Assembly (NCBI GenBank): GCA_963727625.1
Contig: CAVSHR010000005.1
Coordinates: 416,001-480,000, forward strand
Direction of reading: 5' to 3'
DNA: 64,000 nucleotides
Origin: an uncultured delta proteobacterium
GTDB taxonomy: Bacteria; Desulfobacterota; Binatia; UBA9968
Part shown: piece by piece, positions 1-9,936 of the stretch
How positions within the stretch are numbered: the first letter of the stretch is position 1
Layout: the number at the start of each line of letters is the position of its first letter
Notes under the pieces: generated by a model
What the model saw: only the letters and a program-made list of their open reading frames with translations
The model's database searches: none
What the model was told of the DNA's origin: nothing
Made by a program: the position numbers and the translations under genes

Positions 1-100
1 CCCAACTGATTCCGACTCCCGTGCCGGCGGCGTAGGTGATCGATGATATCTTCATAGACGAGGTTCTTAAGGAACGAAAATAGCAGAAAAGGAGCTGAAC

Positions 101-769
101 GTGGCAAGTCAGGTGTTTGTCGATTCGGTAATCAAGGAAATCGTTCAACCGGGGGTGGACCAGTTGATGGAACTGCCCTATTTCACCGAGCTGCGCAGCG
201 GGAAACTGTCAATCAAACGGCTGCGAGGCTGGGCGCTGCAGCACTACCTTCACAACGTTGCTTTGCTCAAAGGCTTTGCCCTTTGCATGGTCAAGAACAG
301 CCACGACCCCGAGCTTTTTAAGTACTTCCTTTACCAGTTGAATGAAGAGCAATATCACCCTGACCTGGCGAAAAAATTCGGTTTGGCGATCGGCTTGCAA
401 AATGAAGACTTCGATAAAGCGTTGCCTATTTTTGAATGTTTGAGCCACACCGCGAAAACTATCCACGGCATGCTCTTGGGTTCGGCGTCGGAAAATCGCG
501 CCTCGGCGCTGGTCAATGAAACCATGGTTTGTCGCTACTCAGAGGAACATATCAAGGCATTGCGCCAACACTACGGTCTCAATGACAAACAAATTCAATT
601 TTTCACCGTTCACGCGATCGCCGATCAGGAGCATACGGCGATGGCCGGCGAAGTAATCGCCAAGCTCGCCGACACAGAGCATCAGCAAGAGCTCGTGCGC
701 CAAGCCGCGCGCTACATGGTGCGTTATAAAATCGCCAAGTTCGATGGCATCTATAACGCGTATGCGTGA
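101..769 (+). CDS. Heme-oxygenase-like diiron enzyme (TenA/PqqC/CADD superfamily)
   Basis: GGAG RBS before GTG; helical 222 aa protein with NEEQYH, VNET and HAIADQEH (H-x3-D-x2-H) metal-ligand pattern as in CADD. Confidence 0.75.
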   Translation: MASQVFVDSVIKEIVQPGVDQLMELPYFTELRSGKLSIKRLRGWALQHYLHNVALLKGFALCMVKNSHDPELFKYFLYQLNEEQYHPDLAKKFGLAIGLQNEDFDKALPIFECLSHTAKTIHGMLLGSASENRASALVNETMVCRYSEEHIKALRQHYGLNDKQIQFFTVHAIADQEHTAMAGEVIAKLADTEHQQELVRQAARYMVRYKIAKFDGIYNAYA

Positions 770-782
770 AGCTGATAAAAAC

Positions 783-834
783 CGTGATCGTGTTCGTGAA
801 AAATGCTCGGACGAATCACCGGCACGAGCACGAA
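783..834. repeat. Intergenic imperfect inverted repeat built of (T)CGTG / CACGA units (REP-like)
   Basis: cgtgatcgtgttcgtg ... cacgagcacgaa just after the stop at 769; same design as 37189-37257. Confidence 0.55.
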
Positions 835-883
835 TTTGGTGATTAGAAGCAGTGGATTCAATTCAAGAAACGAAAGGCCAAAC

Positions 884-1879
884 ATGGCGATGTTAACTCT
901 CGACCTCGGTTGCGGCGACTACGACATCGTCCGGGCGCTCAAAGACGGCAACGTGCGCGCCGAAGGGATGGAAATCAACTTCATCCCTATCAACAAACCG
1001 CCGGAAGTGCATTGGCGCATGGGGATGCACAACGAATTCGACGCCGCCGAAATGTCCTTCGGCAGCTTTGTCGCCGGCAAGGCGCGCGGCGACTTTCCCT
1101 TTGTCGGCATTCCCGCGTTCGTCTACCGCAAATTCCGCCACTCCTGCGCTTATGTGAACGTCAACGCCGGAATCAACAAGCCTGAAGATCTGAAAGGCCG
1201 GCGCGTCGGCGTGCCGGAGTGGCAGATGACCGCGACGGTCTGGCTGCGCGGCTTTTTACAGGACGACTACGGCGTCCGCCCGAGCGACGTGCACTGGCTC
1301 ACCGGCGGGCTGGAATCGTCCGAGCGCAAAGAGAAAGTAGCACTGACGCTGCCGCCGGAAATCAAAATTGAAAACATCGCGTCGGGAAAAACCCTTTCGG
1401 ACATGTTGATGAGCGGCGAGATCGACGCTTTGCTCACCGCCCAGGTCCCGGCGCCCTACGTCAAGCGCGCGCCGCAAGTGCGCCGTCTGTTCGCCGACAC
1501 GCGCCAGGTAGAGGCGGATCATTTTCTCCGCACCCGTATCTTTCCGATCATGCACGTCATGATCATTCGCGAAGAGTTTTACAAACGCCACCCTTGGGTG
1601 GCGCAAAGCCTTTATAAGGCTCTGCTCGACGCCAAGGAGCACTGCATCGACGCCGTTTTTAAGAACGACGCGATCCATTCGGTTTTGCCTTGGGCGGGTC
1701 CGCACGCCGAAGAGGTGAGAAAACTCATGGGGCAAAATTTCTGGCCCTATGGCGTCGAGGCCAATCGCAAGACTTTGGAAACTTTCCTACGCTATAGTTT
1801 CGAGCAAGGCCTGACGAGGCGACTGCTGAGCGCCGACGAGCTCTTTGCCAAGGAAACCTTGGATACTTTTCACGTCTAG
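884..1879 (+). CDS. 4,5-dihydroxyphthalate decarboxylase-like protein (periplasmic-binding-protein fold)
   Basis: N-terminus MAMLTLDLGCGDYD, FDAAEMS, GIPAFVYRKFRHS, DLKGRRVGVPEWQMTA, FWPYGVEANRKTLE; start moved to ATG 884. Confidence 0.8.
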   Translation: MAMLTLDLGCGDYDIVRALKDGNVRAEGMEINFIPINKPPEVHWRMGMHNEFDAAEMSFGSFVAGKARGDFPFVGIPAFVYRKFRHSCAYVNVNAGINKPEDLKGRRVGVPEWQMTATVWLRGFLQDDYGVRPSDVHWLTGGLESSERKEKVALTLPPEIKIENIASGKTLSDMLMSGEIDALLTAQVPAPYVKRAPQVRRLFADTRQVEADHFLRTRIFPIMHVMIIREEFYKRHPWVAQSLYKALLDAKEHCIDAVFKNDAIHSVLPWAGPHAEEVRKLMGQNFWPYGVEANRKTLETFLRYSFEQGLTRRLLSADELFAKETLDTFHV

Positions 1880-2206
1880 CCGGCGCGCGCCGACGTTTCG
1901 ATCCACCCTCTTGCGACCGCGAGTTCGAGCCAGGACCAATGCCGCGACTTGCCGCTGTCCTGGGCGCTTACGCGTCACAGCAAGAATTACCTTCTCGCTC
2001 CTTTAACGGATGGATCGCGGACAAACAAACCCTGTTCAGCCTGCAGTCGCGAAGGGAAGAGCGCCGAGCATACCACCAAGCGTTTACGGCAGAATTGACC
2101 GAATGGCGTTACTTCACCTCGCTCCCGGTCTACCCTGCCCCCGTTCCTCATCGTAATTTTTCAGACATCTGATGACAGGCGGTACTATTCGCAGATATTC
2201 GCGACC

Positions 2207-2222
2207 CGGCATGGCTCCTGCT
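2207..2222 (+). promoter_or_regulatory. Putative sigma-54 (-24/-12) promoter
   Basis: CGGCATGGCTCCTGCT has GG-N10-GC spacing, ~85 nt upstream of ORF 2307. Confidence 0.5.
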
Positions 2223-2306
2223 CTATGGAGAATCAGGGACGCCAAAGCGAATTAACACGAACTTACATTACAATCTTCAAAGACAGGATCCAAAGGAGGG
2301 ACAAAG

Positions 2307-2504
2307 ATGAAAACGACGGAACACGAAATGGATAAACGGAGTTATTGGCAACTGATATTCACGCAGAGCAAAGTCAACGGGGCGCCCTACAGCGGCGACG
2401 AACTGCCGGGGCGCCACTGGGAGTGGCCGCGAGACACCTACCTGCAACGCCGTCTACGGAATCAACGATTCTTTCGGCCCCCGGAACAGTTAAATCTAAA
2501 TTAG
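2307..2504 (+). CDS. Small hypothetical protein (65 aa)
   Basis: Strong RBS AAAGGAGG upstream of ATG; candidate sigma-54 promoter upstream; no recognised domain. Confidence 0.5.
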   Translation: MKTTEHEMDKRSYWQLIFTQSKVNGAPYSGDELPGRHWEWPRDTYLQRRLRNQRFFRPPEQLNLN

Positions 2505-2752
2505 CTAGCCGCGTCCCGCGCTGCCTCCTTCAGCACAGCTCCCACGGGACAGCGGCCGCCACTGAGCTCCCGTCACGTTCAGTGGCACGAGGCCAGACTC
2601 GAAAGAGTCTGGCCTCGTTTTTTTTCAGCAACGAGGCACGGAACACTAGCGCCGTTACCGACCACCTTCAAAAGCCGGATGAACAGACAGGTTTAGAAGG
2701 CGCATAAGGGACCAGGCCGAAATGGGCGTTCGCGGACACACTGCAATACTGG

Positions 2753-4171
2753 TCAACTAAACAACTCTTTCTTCCATTTTTCGATCACTGCGCGCTGACG
2801 CTCGGCGCTGATCTCGGCCGCGGGTGGAAATTTATCGCGCCATTCAAAGGGCCGGCACGCGTCAATGATCATACGCGAGCTGAAGCCTTTGCGCTCCCGC
2901 GGAATGATCGGATCCAGCGGCCCGCTCCAGCAGCGCCGGATAATTTCCGCGGCATCCACCGGATCGGCGCGGCTGCACATGGCCCACAACACGTCGCTGA
3001 TATCGTAGGCGTCGATGTCGTCGTCGACCACCACCACATACCGGCCTAGATAGGCCGCCCCCTGGCATTGACTGGCGACAAACCCGGCTTGGCGTGCGTG
3101 GCCGGGGTAGCGCTGGCGGATTGCAATCACTGTGAGAAAACGGCGGAAGTAGCTCGCCACCGCTTGAATGTCGGGCACACCGGCTTTCTCCACCTGGTCG
3201 CGAATGTACGCCGCGCGCAAGAGCTCATAGCAGTGCTCGGCCCGCGCCGTTGGCCGATACTCCGGCGAGGCGGTGATGATCGGGTCGTTGCGATGGTACA
3301 GCCGGTGCACTTTGATCAGCGGTTCGAGTTTTTCACCGCTGGCGTAGTACCCGGTCCACTCGCTGAAAGGCCCTTCCGATTTGCCTTGGTCCGGCAGGAA
3401 TTCACCCTCGATCGCGATCTCCGCGTAAGCGGGAATCGGCAAGCCGGTAACTTCGCCTTCGATCACCTCGACGGGCTCGCCTTTGATGCCGCCGACGGCG
3501 TCGAATTCGCTGCGGCCATAAGGTTCGGGCCGCGTCGCGATCATGTGCAGCAGCGGATCGACGCCGAAGCAGGCCACCACCGGGCAAGGCGTGCCGCGGT
3601 CGAAATATTTTTGCCGATGCAGTCTGCCATGCTTGCCCGGAGAGATATTCATCCCCACGGAGTTTCGATCGTGCACCATCGCCCGGTAGCAGCCGACGTT
3701 GACCCAGCCTTCGTCAGGATCCCGCGTGATGACCACATGGCCGGTGCCGAGATAACGGCCGCCATCGCGCTCGTGCCAGAATGGAACGGGAAATTTAAAC
3801 AGATCAATATCGTCGCCACTGAAAATATTTTCCAGCACCGGGCCGCTCTTGACCATCGCCGGTGGAATATACGCCGGCCGTGCCAAACGCTCGCGCCAGG
3901 CTCCAATGAAACCTTCGCGCGTGATGTCGAGCGGTAAATTAGTCGTCAGTGCCGAGCGCTTCAGGCTCTCGAAGAATCCGACGAGAATGCGGTAACCGGC
4001 GGGATAATCCTTGATCTCGTCGAAGAGCAGCGCCGGGCTGTTTTCTTTATGCTTGGACGCGAGCACCGAGAGAGCGCCGATTTCTAAATTCCAATCCGCG
4101 CCGCGGATCACTTTGAGCTCGCCGAGTTCGTCGACATTTTGAATCCACTCCCTGACGTCTTTGTAACTCAT
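2753..4171 (-). CDS. UbiD-family prFMN-dependent decarboxylase
   Basis: ADWNLEIGA, ALLFDEIKDYP, HERDGGRY, NVGCYR, EGPFSEWTGYY, VVVVDDDID, PLDP motifs. Confidence 0.93.
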   Translation of the reverse strand: MSYKDVREWIQNVDELGELKVIRGADWNLEIGALSVLASKHKENSPALLFDEIKDYPAGYRILVGFFESLKRSALTTNLPLDITREGFIGAWRERLARPAYIPPAMVKSGPVLENIFSGDDIDLFKFPVPFWHERDGGRYLGTGHVVITRDPDEGWVNVGCYRAMVHDRNSVGMNISPGKHGRLHRQKYFDRGTPCPVVACFGVDPLLHMIATRPEPYGRSEFDAVGGIKGEPVEVIEGEVTGLPIPAYAEIAIEGEFLPDQGKSEGPFSEWTGYYASGEKLEPLIKVHRLYHRNDPIITASPEYRPTARAEHCYELLRAAYIRDQVEKAGVPDIQAVASYFRRFLTVIAIRQRYPGHARQAGFVASQCQGAAYLGRYVVVVDDDIDAYDISDVLWAMCSRADPVDAAEIIRRCWSGPLDPIIPRERKGFSSRMIIDACRPFEWRDKFPPAAEISAERQRAVIEKWKKELFS

Positions 4172-4251
4172 CGGTTGCCTCCAGCAGCACCAGAACTACG
4201 AATTCGCCTGTCGCTTTGCAAGCGCGCCATAAAATTGCTAACCCGGGCAGC

Positions 4252-4440
4252 TTGGAGGAAGCTTGTAACGATAGGGTCGAGGCGCTGTCGCACGACGGCT
4301 TCGTCGACGACGAGTCGCTGCAAGCCGCCATCGACGAAGCCACGAGCTTGGCAAGATCACCAAGCCGATCAAGCTAGCGGACGTGGTCGATGACAGTTTT
4401 TTGCGCGCCGCGGTGAAAAAGTCGCGGGCGGCCTATTTCA
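4252..4440 (+). pseudogene. Frameshifted C-terminal relic of an ABC (NMT1/SsuA-type) substrate-binding protein
   Basis: ALSHDGFVDDESLQAAIDEA, frameshift, then LGKITKPIKLADVVDDSFLRAAVK; resembles the C-termini of intact SBPs in this window. Confidence 0.55.
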
Positions 4441-5380
4441 TCGCTTCCCCTGCGAGGGAAAAGTCGAAGATCTTCTCGGCCGGCACCGCTTCTTTGACGC
4501 GCAGCGCTTCGCGGCCGATTTCGATGATCTCCTTCTCAGCGTCGACGCTCAAGCGGCCGCCAGGCAACACATACGGCGCATCGTCGTCATACATGCGGCG
4601 CGCCAGCTGGGCATCTTTGATGCCGAGCCGTTTCTGAATGTACGGCACCATGATATCGGGACTTCCCTGATACACTTTCAAGCAGTGGTTCCAGGCGCGC
4701 AGAAAGCGTACCAGCTTTCCCCGCTTCTGTTTGATGTTCGAGTCGGTTAAAACCACGCCGGTCTGCAAGTAACGCATATAGTCGCGGCCGCGGCCAAAGA
4801 CTTTGTAACCCTAATCCTGAGCCAGACAGGTGGCCGGCGGGGTCATCATGGCGCCGGCTACTCTACCCGAGTAAAGGGATTGCAATCGCGCCGGCGTGTC
4901 CATGCTTAAAAAAGTCGCGTCTTTCTGCGGGTCCAGCCCCTTGGCCTGGAGTATTCGCCGCGTCATGATCGCCGCGGTGCCGTCCAGCGATCCTACTGCG
5001 ATGGATTTTCCCTTTAAGTCGGCGGCGCTATTGACCGAGGCGCTAACGATCAGCTCATGAATCGGTCGGTCGCGCGTGACCGAAATGATTTTGAGCGGCA
5101 TGCCGCGTAGCGCCGCGGAAAAGCCGCTGCCGGCGTGACAAGTGACGTCGATTTCGCCCGACATCAGACTGCTTACGCCGACGATGCCTCTGACCACCGG
5201 CACCTGAAGATCCAAGCCCTCTTGCGCAAAAAAACCCTTTTCCTGACCGTAATACAGCGACATATAGCTCAGTGTCGGCCCGGGTATGCTGATATAGAAA
5301 CGCTCCGCCGCAAACGTGTGCGTACCGATCAATAATAACGACAGGAACACCGTAGCCAGAAGTCGCCGACTCAGCGCCAT
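4433..5380 (-). pseudogene. ABC substrate-binding protein (NMT1/SsuA family) with in-frame TAG at 4811-4813
   Basis: Signal peptide, KGFFAQEGLD, DLKGKSIAVG; ORFs 4811-5380 and 4433-4777 are in one frame: LAQD*GYKVFGRGRDYMRYLQTG. Confidence 0.85.
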
Positions 5381-5417
5381 AGTTCCTCCCGAAAATTTTT
5401 ATAGCGTTACGATAGTT

Positions 5418-7157
5418 CTATTTTCGTTCCAGCGAGGCAAACGGGCCGACCGCATGGACGATGCGCCCGCCGACCATTGTCAGCAGGGCCTGCAACGTGC
5501 GGATCTGCTCATCAGGCACGGTCAGGTAATCCGCGTTGAGCACCGCCAGATCCGCGAACTTGCCCGGTTCGATCGAACCCTTCCGCCCTTCCTGATAATC
5601 CAACCACGCGCCGCCCATGGTATAGAGCCGCAGCGCCTCCGCGCGGGTTAGATTCTGGCTCGGGCTGCGCAGCTTCGTGCCGGCCACGGTCTTGCCCGTG
5701 ATCAACCACCAGAGCGCCAGCATCGGCGAATAATTCCCCGCGCGAAAAGCGTCTGTGCCGACGCTCAACGGAATACCCGATGCGACCATCGTGCGCAACG
5801 GCGGCGCGTTGCGCGCTTTCTCGATTCCCCACAGCTCGGCGTAGCGCTCGCCGGTAAGCGCTATGCGGTTCACCAGCGCAATCGCACCGCCGAGTCCTTT
5901 GATCCGCGCGATGGTCTCGGGCGTGGCGTCTTCGAGACCGGAAAAAGTGATGCGCTGGCGCGTGAATGGCGTCACTTTATGGACCTGCTCGAGAATATCG
6001 AGCCATTGCCGAGCGGTCTGGTCGCGCGTCGTATGCATGTGAAAGTTATAGCCGCCCTCGGCGAAAAAGCGCGCCGTCCGGCGAAATTTTTCCTTGGCTG
6101 CTGCGGCTATTCCCGCACCCTTCGAATCGGGCAGAAGATCGCCATCATCGATCCCGGGAGCCAAAGTCGGCGCGAAACCGGCGAAACGAAACAGCTCATT
6201 TTGCGGCAGCCGTTTGAGCGCTTCGACGGCGATTTTCAACTGCTCCAACTCATCGCCGGGGTCGTTGGCCGCCACGTAGAAATTTAACCGTAACGACAGA
6301 TCGCCGCTGCGTGCCATTTCACCAAGCAAACGGCGGTGCGCGAAGTTGACCCCGTCGGTCTGCATGTCGCCGATGGAAGTCACGCCCAAACGGTTCAGTT
6401 CGCGAAAGGAATTGCGCAGACTCTCGCGAACCTTATCGAGGCTGAGACGAGGAATTTTTCGATAAGCATACTCCCAGGCGGCCACACCCTGCAGCCAGCC
6501 GGTAAGCTCGCCGGTATTCGGATTGCGCTCGAACTTGCCGCCCCGGGGATCGGACGTGCCCCGGCCGATGCCGACCGCAGCCATCGCCGCGCGATTTAAT
6601 AGCGCACCCTGGCGCAGGTACTGAATATAGACGGGATGATTCGGCGCCAGCGCGTCGAGCTCGGCGCGGCTGGGAAAGCGCCTTTCGGCGAACTGTGTCG
6701 GCACCCAGCCGCCGCCGACGACAATCCAGCTTCCCGGCGGCTTTGCCTTTACCGCGATGGCGATTTGTCGCAAACCGTCTGCGAGCGTGCGCAGCGACTC
6801 CCAATGAAGCTCGCTGTCCCAGCTCAAGCCGGCCACGGTCGCGTGAATATGCGAGTCGATCAGCCCGGGAATCACCGTCCGTCCCGCCAGATCGATCACT
6901 TTCGTAGACGGCGCGATCAACGGGCGAATGTCTCGATCGGTGCCCACGGCGATAAAGCGCCCGTCTCTGATCGCCACCGCCTGGCCGATCGAAAAATCGC
7001 GATCGACGGTGATAATCTTGCCGCCGCGCAAAACCATGTCGGCAGGCGTCTTGACCGCGAGCGAGCGGGCGAAGTCCACCTCAGCGCCGCTGCCACAGGC
7101 GACCAAAGTCAATGACAGTAAAATTATTGCGAGCCGTTTCAATTGAACCTCTGACAC
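5418..7157 (-). CDS. Amidohydrolase (YtcJ / amidohydrolase-3 family), predicted lipoprotein
   Basis: LVAC lipobox; VIPGLIDSHIH, GTDA, KGSIEPGKFADLAVL, TMVGGRIVH. Confidence 0.88.
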   Translation of the reverse strand: MSEVQLKRLAIILLSLTLVACGSGAEVDFARSLAVKTPADMVLRGGKIITVDRDFSIGQAVAIRDGRFIAVGTDRDIRPLIAPSTKVIDLAGRTVIPGLIDSHIHATVAGLSWDSELHWESLRTLADGLRQIAIAVKAKPPGSWIVVGGGWVPTQFAERRFPSRAELDALAPNHPVYIQYLRQGALLNRAAMAAVGIGRGTSDPRGGKFERNPNTGELTGWLQGVAAWEYAYRKIPRLSLDKVRESLRNSFRELNRLGVTSIGDMQTDGVNFAHRRLLGEMARSGDLSLRLNFYVAANDPGDELEQLKIAVEALKRLPQNELFRFAGFAPTLAPGIDDGDLLPDSKGAGIAAAAKEKFRRTARFFAEGGYNFHMHTTRDQTARQWLDILEQVHKVTPFTRQRITFSGLEDATPETIARIKGLGGAIALVNRIALTGERYAELWGIEKARNAPPLRTMVASGIPLSVGTDAFRAGNYSPMLALWWLITGKTVAGTKLRSPSQNLTRAEALRLYTMGGAWLDYQEGRKGSIEPGKFADLAVLNADYLTVPDEQIRTLQALLTMVGGRIVHAVGPFASLERK

Positions 7158-7361
7158 TTTTCAAGAGTTGGCGGATTTTACCTTTGACGCGCTGCGATTG
7201 CGAGGCTTGGCGATTCATTTGCCCGTGCCACGTCACGTCGAAAAGATTTCTCCGAACTGGAAAAGACCTATAACGGTTGCGCGGTGTTTACCTTTGAAGT
7301 TATAGTCCGAAAACAATTCGGCGCAATCGCCGCCGTCAGCTCTGTAATTCCGAGGTGCACG

Positions 7362-8606
7362 ATGAAACCGGTACAACTTTTCTGCTGGCATTTCATGGCC
7401 TATCCCTATCTCGACAAAGATTTCGATGAAAAGGAATACACCGGCTGGGTCACCGTGCCCAACCGTCTATGGGACAACCGCAAGGCGCGCGGCCTGTACC
7501 AGGAGTATATCGACCAGCTTGCCTACGCCGATGAGCTCGGTTTCGACGGCATGGTGTTGAACGAGCATCACCAGAATATTTACGGTTTGATGCCCTCGCC
7601 CAACCTGATCGCCGCGGCGCTCTCTCAATGCACCTCCCGGGGCAAGATCGTCATCCTCGGCAACCTGTTGCCGCTGCATTTGAATCCAATGCGCGTCGCC
7701 GAAGAGTACGCCATGCTCGACCAGATGAGCGACGGTCGGCTCATCGCCGGATTTGCCCCCGGCGGTGGGCCGGAAACCTTCAACTACGACGTCCCATCGG
7801 CCAACAGCCGGGAAAAATTCTGGGAAGCCGCCGACCTGATCGTGCGCTCCTGGACCGAAGACGGGCCCTTCGCCCACGAAGGCCGGTATTTTCCGCTGCG
7901 CTATGTGAATCTCTGGCCAAAACCGCTGCAGAAACCGTTTCCGCCGGTGTGGATTCCCGGCTCGCGCAGCCCATCCACCATGACCGAAGTGGCCAAACGC
8001 GGTTATTGTTATTTTCTCTCCTCGCGCAGCCACGGTGGAGAGACCCATCGAGCGCAACAAGAATTCGCCGCCGTGCTAGAAAAACATGGTGACAAGTACC
8101 ACCCGTTCCGCTTCGGCATTTTGATGTCCACCTACGTCGCCGAAACCGATCAACAAGCGCGCGAAGAGTGCGAGGAAGGCGTGTGGTATTTCCTGAAGAA
8201 TTGTCTCAAAGGCCATCTCCGCCGGGTCGGCCGCCAACTTACCTACGGCCCAGGGGTTCCGTATATTCCCGCCGCCGCCTGGCGCGAATATCTTAAGCAC
8301 TACAAACCCGGCCAAAAACTCTTGGGCGACGTCGACAACTGGGAGGAACTGGAAGCGTCTCAATCGATCATCGTCGGCAGCCCAGAAACCGTCACGCGGC
8401 GCATTCAAAATCTCATCGAGAAGGCCAAAGTCGGCAATTTGTTGATTCAATTCCAGCTCGGCAACATGCCCAACCACCTGGCGCGGAAAAGCATGAAGCT
8501 CTTCGCCGAAAAAGTCGCGCCGGCGCTGCGCGATGCCTCTTTGACCCAGTTCACCAAAGAGTATCCCGGTGTCAATCTTGAACAAGCTGCGGAGGCGATC
8601 CATTGA
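7362..8606 (+). CDS. LLM-class (luciferase-like) flavin-dependent monooxygenase
   Basis: ADELGFDGMVLNEHH, PMRVAEEYAMLDQMSDGRL, WPKPLQKP, IVGSPETV; GAGG RBS before ATG 7362. Confidence 0.92.
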   Translation: MKPVQLFCWHFMAYPYLDKDFDEKEYTGWVTVPNRLWDNRKARGLYQEYIDQLAYADELGFDGMVLNEHHQNIYGLMPSPNLIAAALSQCTSRGKIVILGNLLPLHLNPMRVAEEYAMLDQMSDGRLIAGFAPGGGPETFNYDVPSANSREKFWEAADLIVRSWTEDGPFAHEGRYFPLRYVNLWPKPLQKPFPPVWIPGSRSPSTMTEVAKRGYCYFLSSRSHGGETHRAQQEFAAVLEKHGDKYHPFRFGILMSTYVAETDQQAREECEEGVWYFLKNCLKGHLRRVGRQLTYGPGVPYIPAAAWREYLKHYKPGQKLLGDVDNWEELEASQSIIVGSPETVTRRIQNLIEKAKVGNLLIQFQLGNMPNHLARKSMKLFAEKVAPALRDASLTQFTKEYPGVNLEQAAEAIH

Positions 8607-9415
8607 GCGGGCAAATCATCGAGGTCAACAAGCGTAAGGTTCAAGTCCTGGAAAGCGGCAGCGGCGCGCCGCTGCTCTATCTGCATGGCTTCGCCGATAT
8701 TCATTCGGTAAATGAAAATTGGTTGCCGTTTCATGAGCAGCTCGCCAAATCCGCCCGCCTGATCGCTCCAGCGCATCCCGGCTGCGCCCAAAGCGACGAA
8801 GACAAAGATATCGACAGTGTCGAAGACGTGGTGTTTTCCTATCTCGAACTTCTCGACGCCCTGAAGCTGACGCAATTCGATCTCGTCGGCAGCTGCGTCG
8901 GCGGCTGGATCGCCGCCGAGCTCGCCGCGCGCCATCCGGAAAAGGTCGGCAAGCTAGTCCTGATCGGCGCCACCGGCCTGTTCGTCCAAGGCGCGCTCAT
9001 CGGCGATGTCTTCATGAACGCCCAGCCCGAGTACGGTTCGAGCTATGCAACTTTGCGGACAATGCTTTTTTCCCGCGCCGACCACCCGACGGCGCTACAA
9101 ATGTTTCCCGACGGCAAAGGCGATATCGACGATGAATTGCGCCGGTATCAGATGCTGCGGCTGAGCTCGCGGATCGGTTTCAAACCGCCCTACTTCTACA
9201 ATTATTCGCTGACAAATCGCCTGCATCGCATCTCACCACCGACGCTAGCCATCTGGGGCGAGCACGACCACATGGTCCCGCGTGTTCATGGAGAAACCTA
9301 CGCCAAACGCATTCCTACTGCGACGCTGAAAATTGTTCCCGGCGCCGGCCACAGCGCCCACGTGGAAAAACCGGATGAGACGGTGAGGCTGGTTTTGGAT
9401 TTTCTCGCGAAGTAA
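8603..9415 (+). CDS. Alpha/beta hydrolase, translationally coupled to the LLM gene
   Basis: LLYLHG, GSCVGG (Cys at the nucleophile position), IWGEHD, GAGHSAHVEKP; TTGA overlap. Confidence 0.88.
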   Translation: MSGQIIEVNKRKVQVLESGSGAPLLYLHGFADIHSVNENWLPFHEQLAKSARLIAPAHPGCAQSDEDKDIDSVEDVVFSYLELLDALKLTQFDLVGSCVGGWIAAELAARHPEKVGKLVLIGATGLFVQGALIGDVFMNAQPEYGSSYATLRTMLFSRADHPTALQMFPDGKGDIDDELRRYQMLRLSSRIGFKPPYFYNYSLTNRLHRISPPTLAIWGEHDHMVPRVHGETYAKRIPTATLKIVPGAGHSAHVEKPDETVRLVLDFLAK

Positions 9416-9580
9416 ATTCCTCGGCCTCCATAGGTCTTAGGTAAGACCGACACAGGTTACGGCCTACATGTCCGCCGATTTTTACATGGGTATGGCACCG
9501 CCATTTGAGGAAAAAAATGATCCGTTGACTTGACTTTGCGTGGAGAAAGCGAAAAGCGAACAAATTGGGAGGAGAATTCC

Positions 9581-9835
9581 ATGAAATTATCCGTTAAGGG
9601 ATTGGCGCTTGGCTCGGCTATTACCTGGGGATTAGCAGTGCTGTTTGTGGGTCTGGTCAACTTAGGGTGGCCCTCCTATGGTACTGCCTTCCTTCAGCTC
9701 ATTAGTTCCATTTATCCGGGATATCACGCCCAGGCGTCTTTGGGGAATGTCATTGTAGGAACGCTGTACGCCGTTCTGGACGGCGCGATCGGCGGCGTGT
9801 TTTTCGGCTGGTTGTATAATCTATGCGCGAGTTAA
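9581..9835 (+). CDS. Small two-TM membrane protein (holin-like family)
   Basis: GGAG RBS; two hydrophobic helices around SIYPGY and a C-terminal GWLYN motif. Confidence 0.7.
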   Translation: MKLSVKGLALGSAITWGLAVLFVGLVNLGWPSYGTAFLQLISSIYPGYHAQASLGNVIVGTLYAVLDGAIGGVFFGWLYNLCAS

Positions 9836-9936
9836 AAAAGTTTGAGGAATGTCGATATCCGGGCTGGGCTTAGCACCTTTCGCCCAACTTGAAAAAGCCA
9901 TTCGCCGCTGGCCTCATCCCCGGCCAAGCCGTTTTT

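Noticed and set aside
1939-2172. 77-aa ORF after the decarboxylase-like gene
   Set aside because: No convincing RBS or domain; may be a relic but cannot be supported
4811-4813. Pyrrolysine or genome-wide TAG recoding
   Set aside because: TAG ends many intact genes here (e.g. 1879, 37185, 59836); no pyl genes in the window
9581-9835. Prophage suggested by a holin-like gene
   Set aside because: No endolysin, structural, terminase or integrase genes nearby
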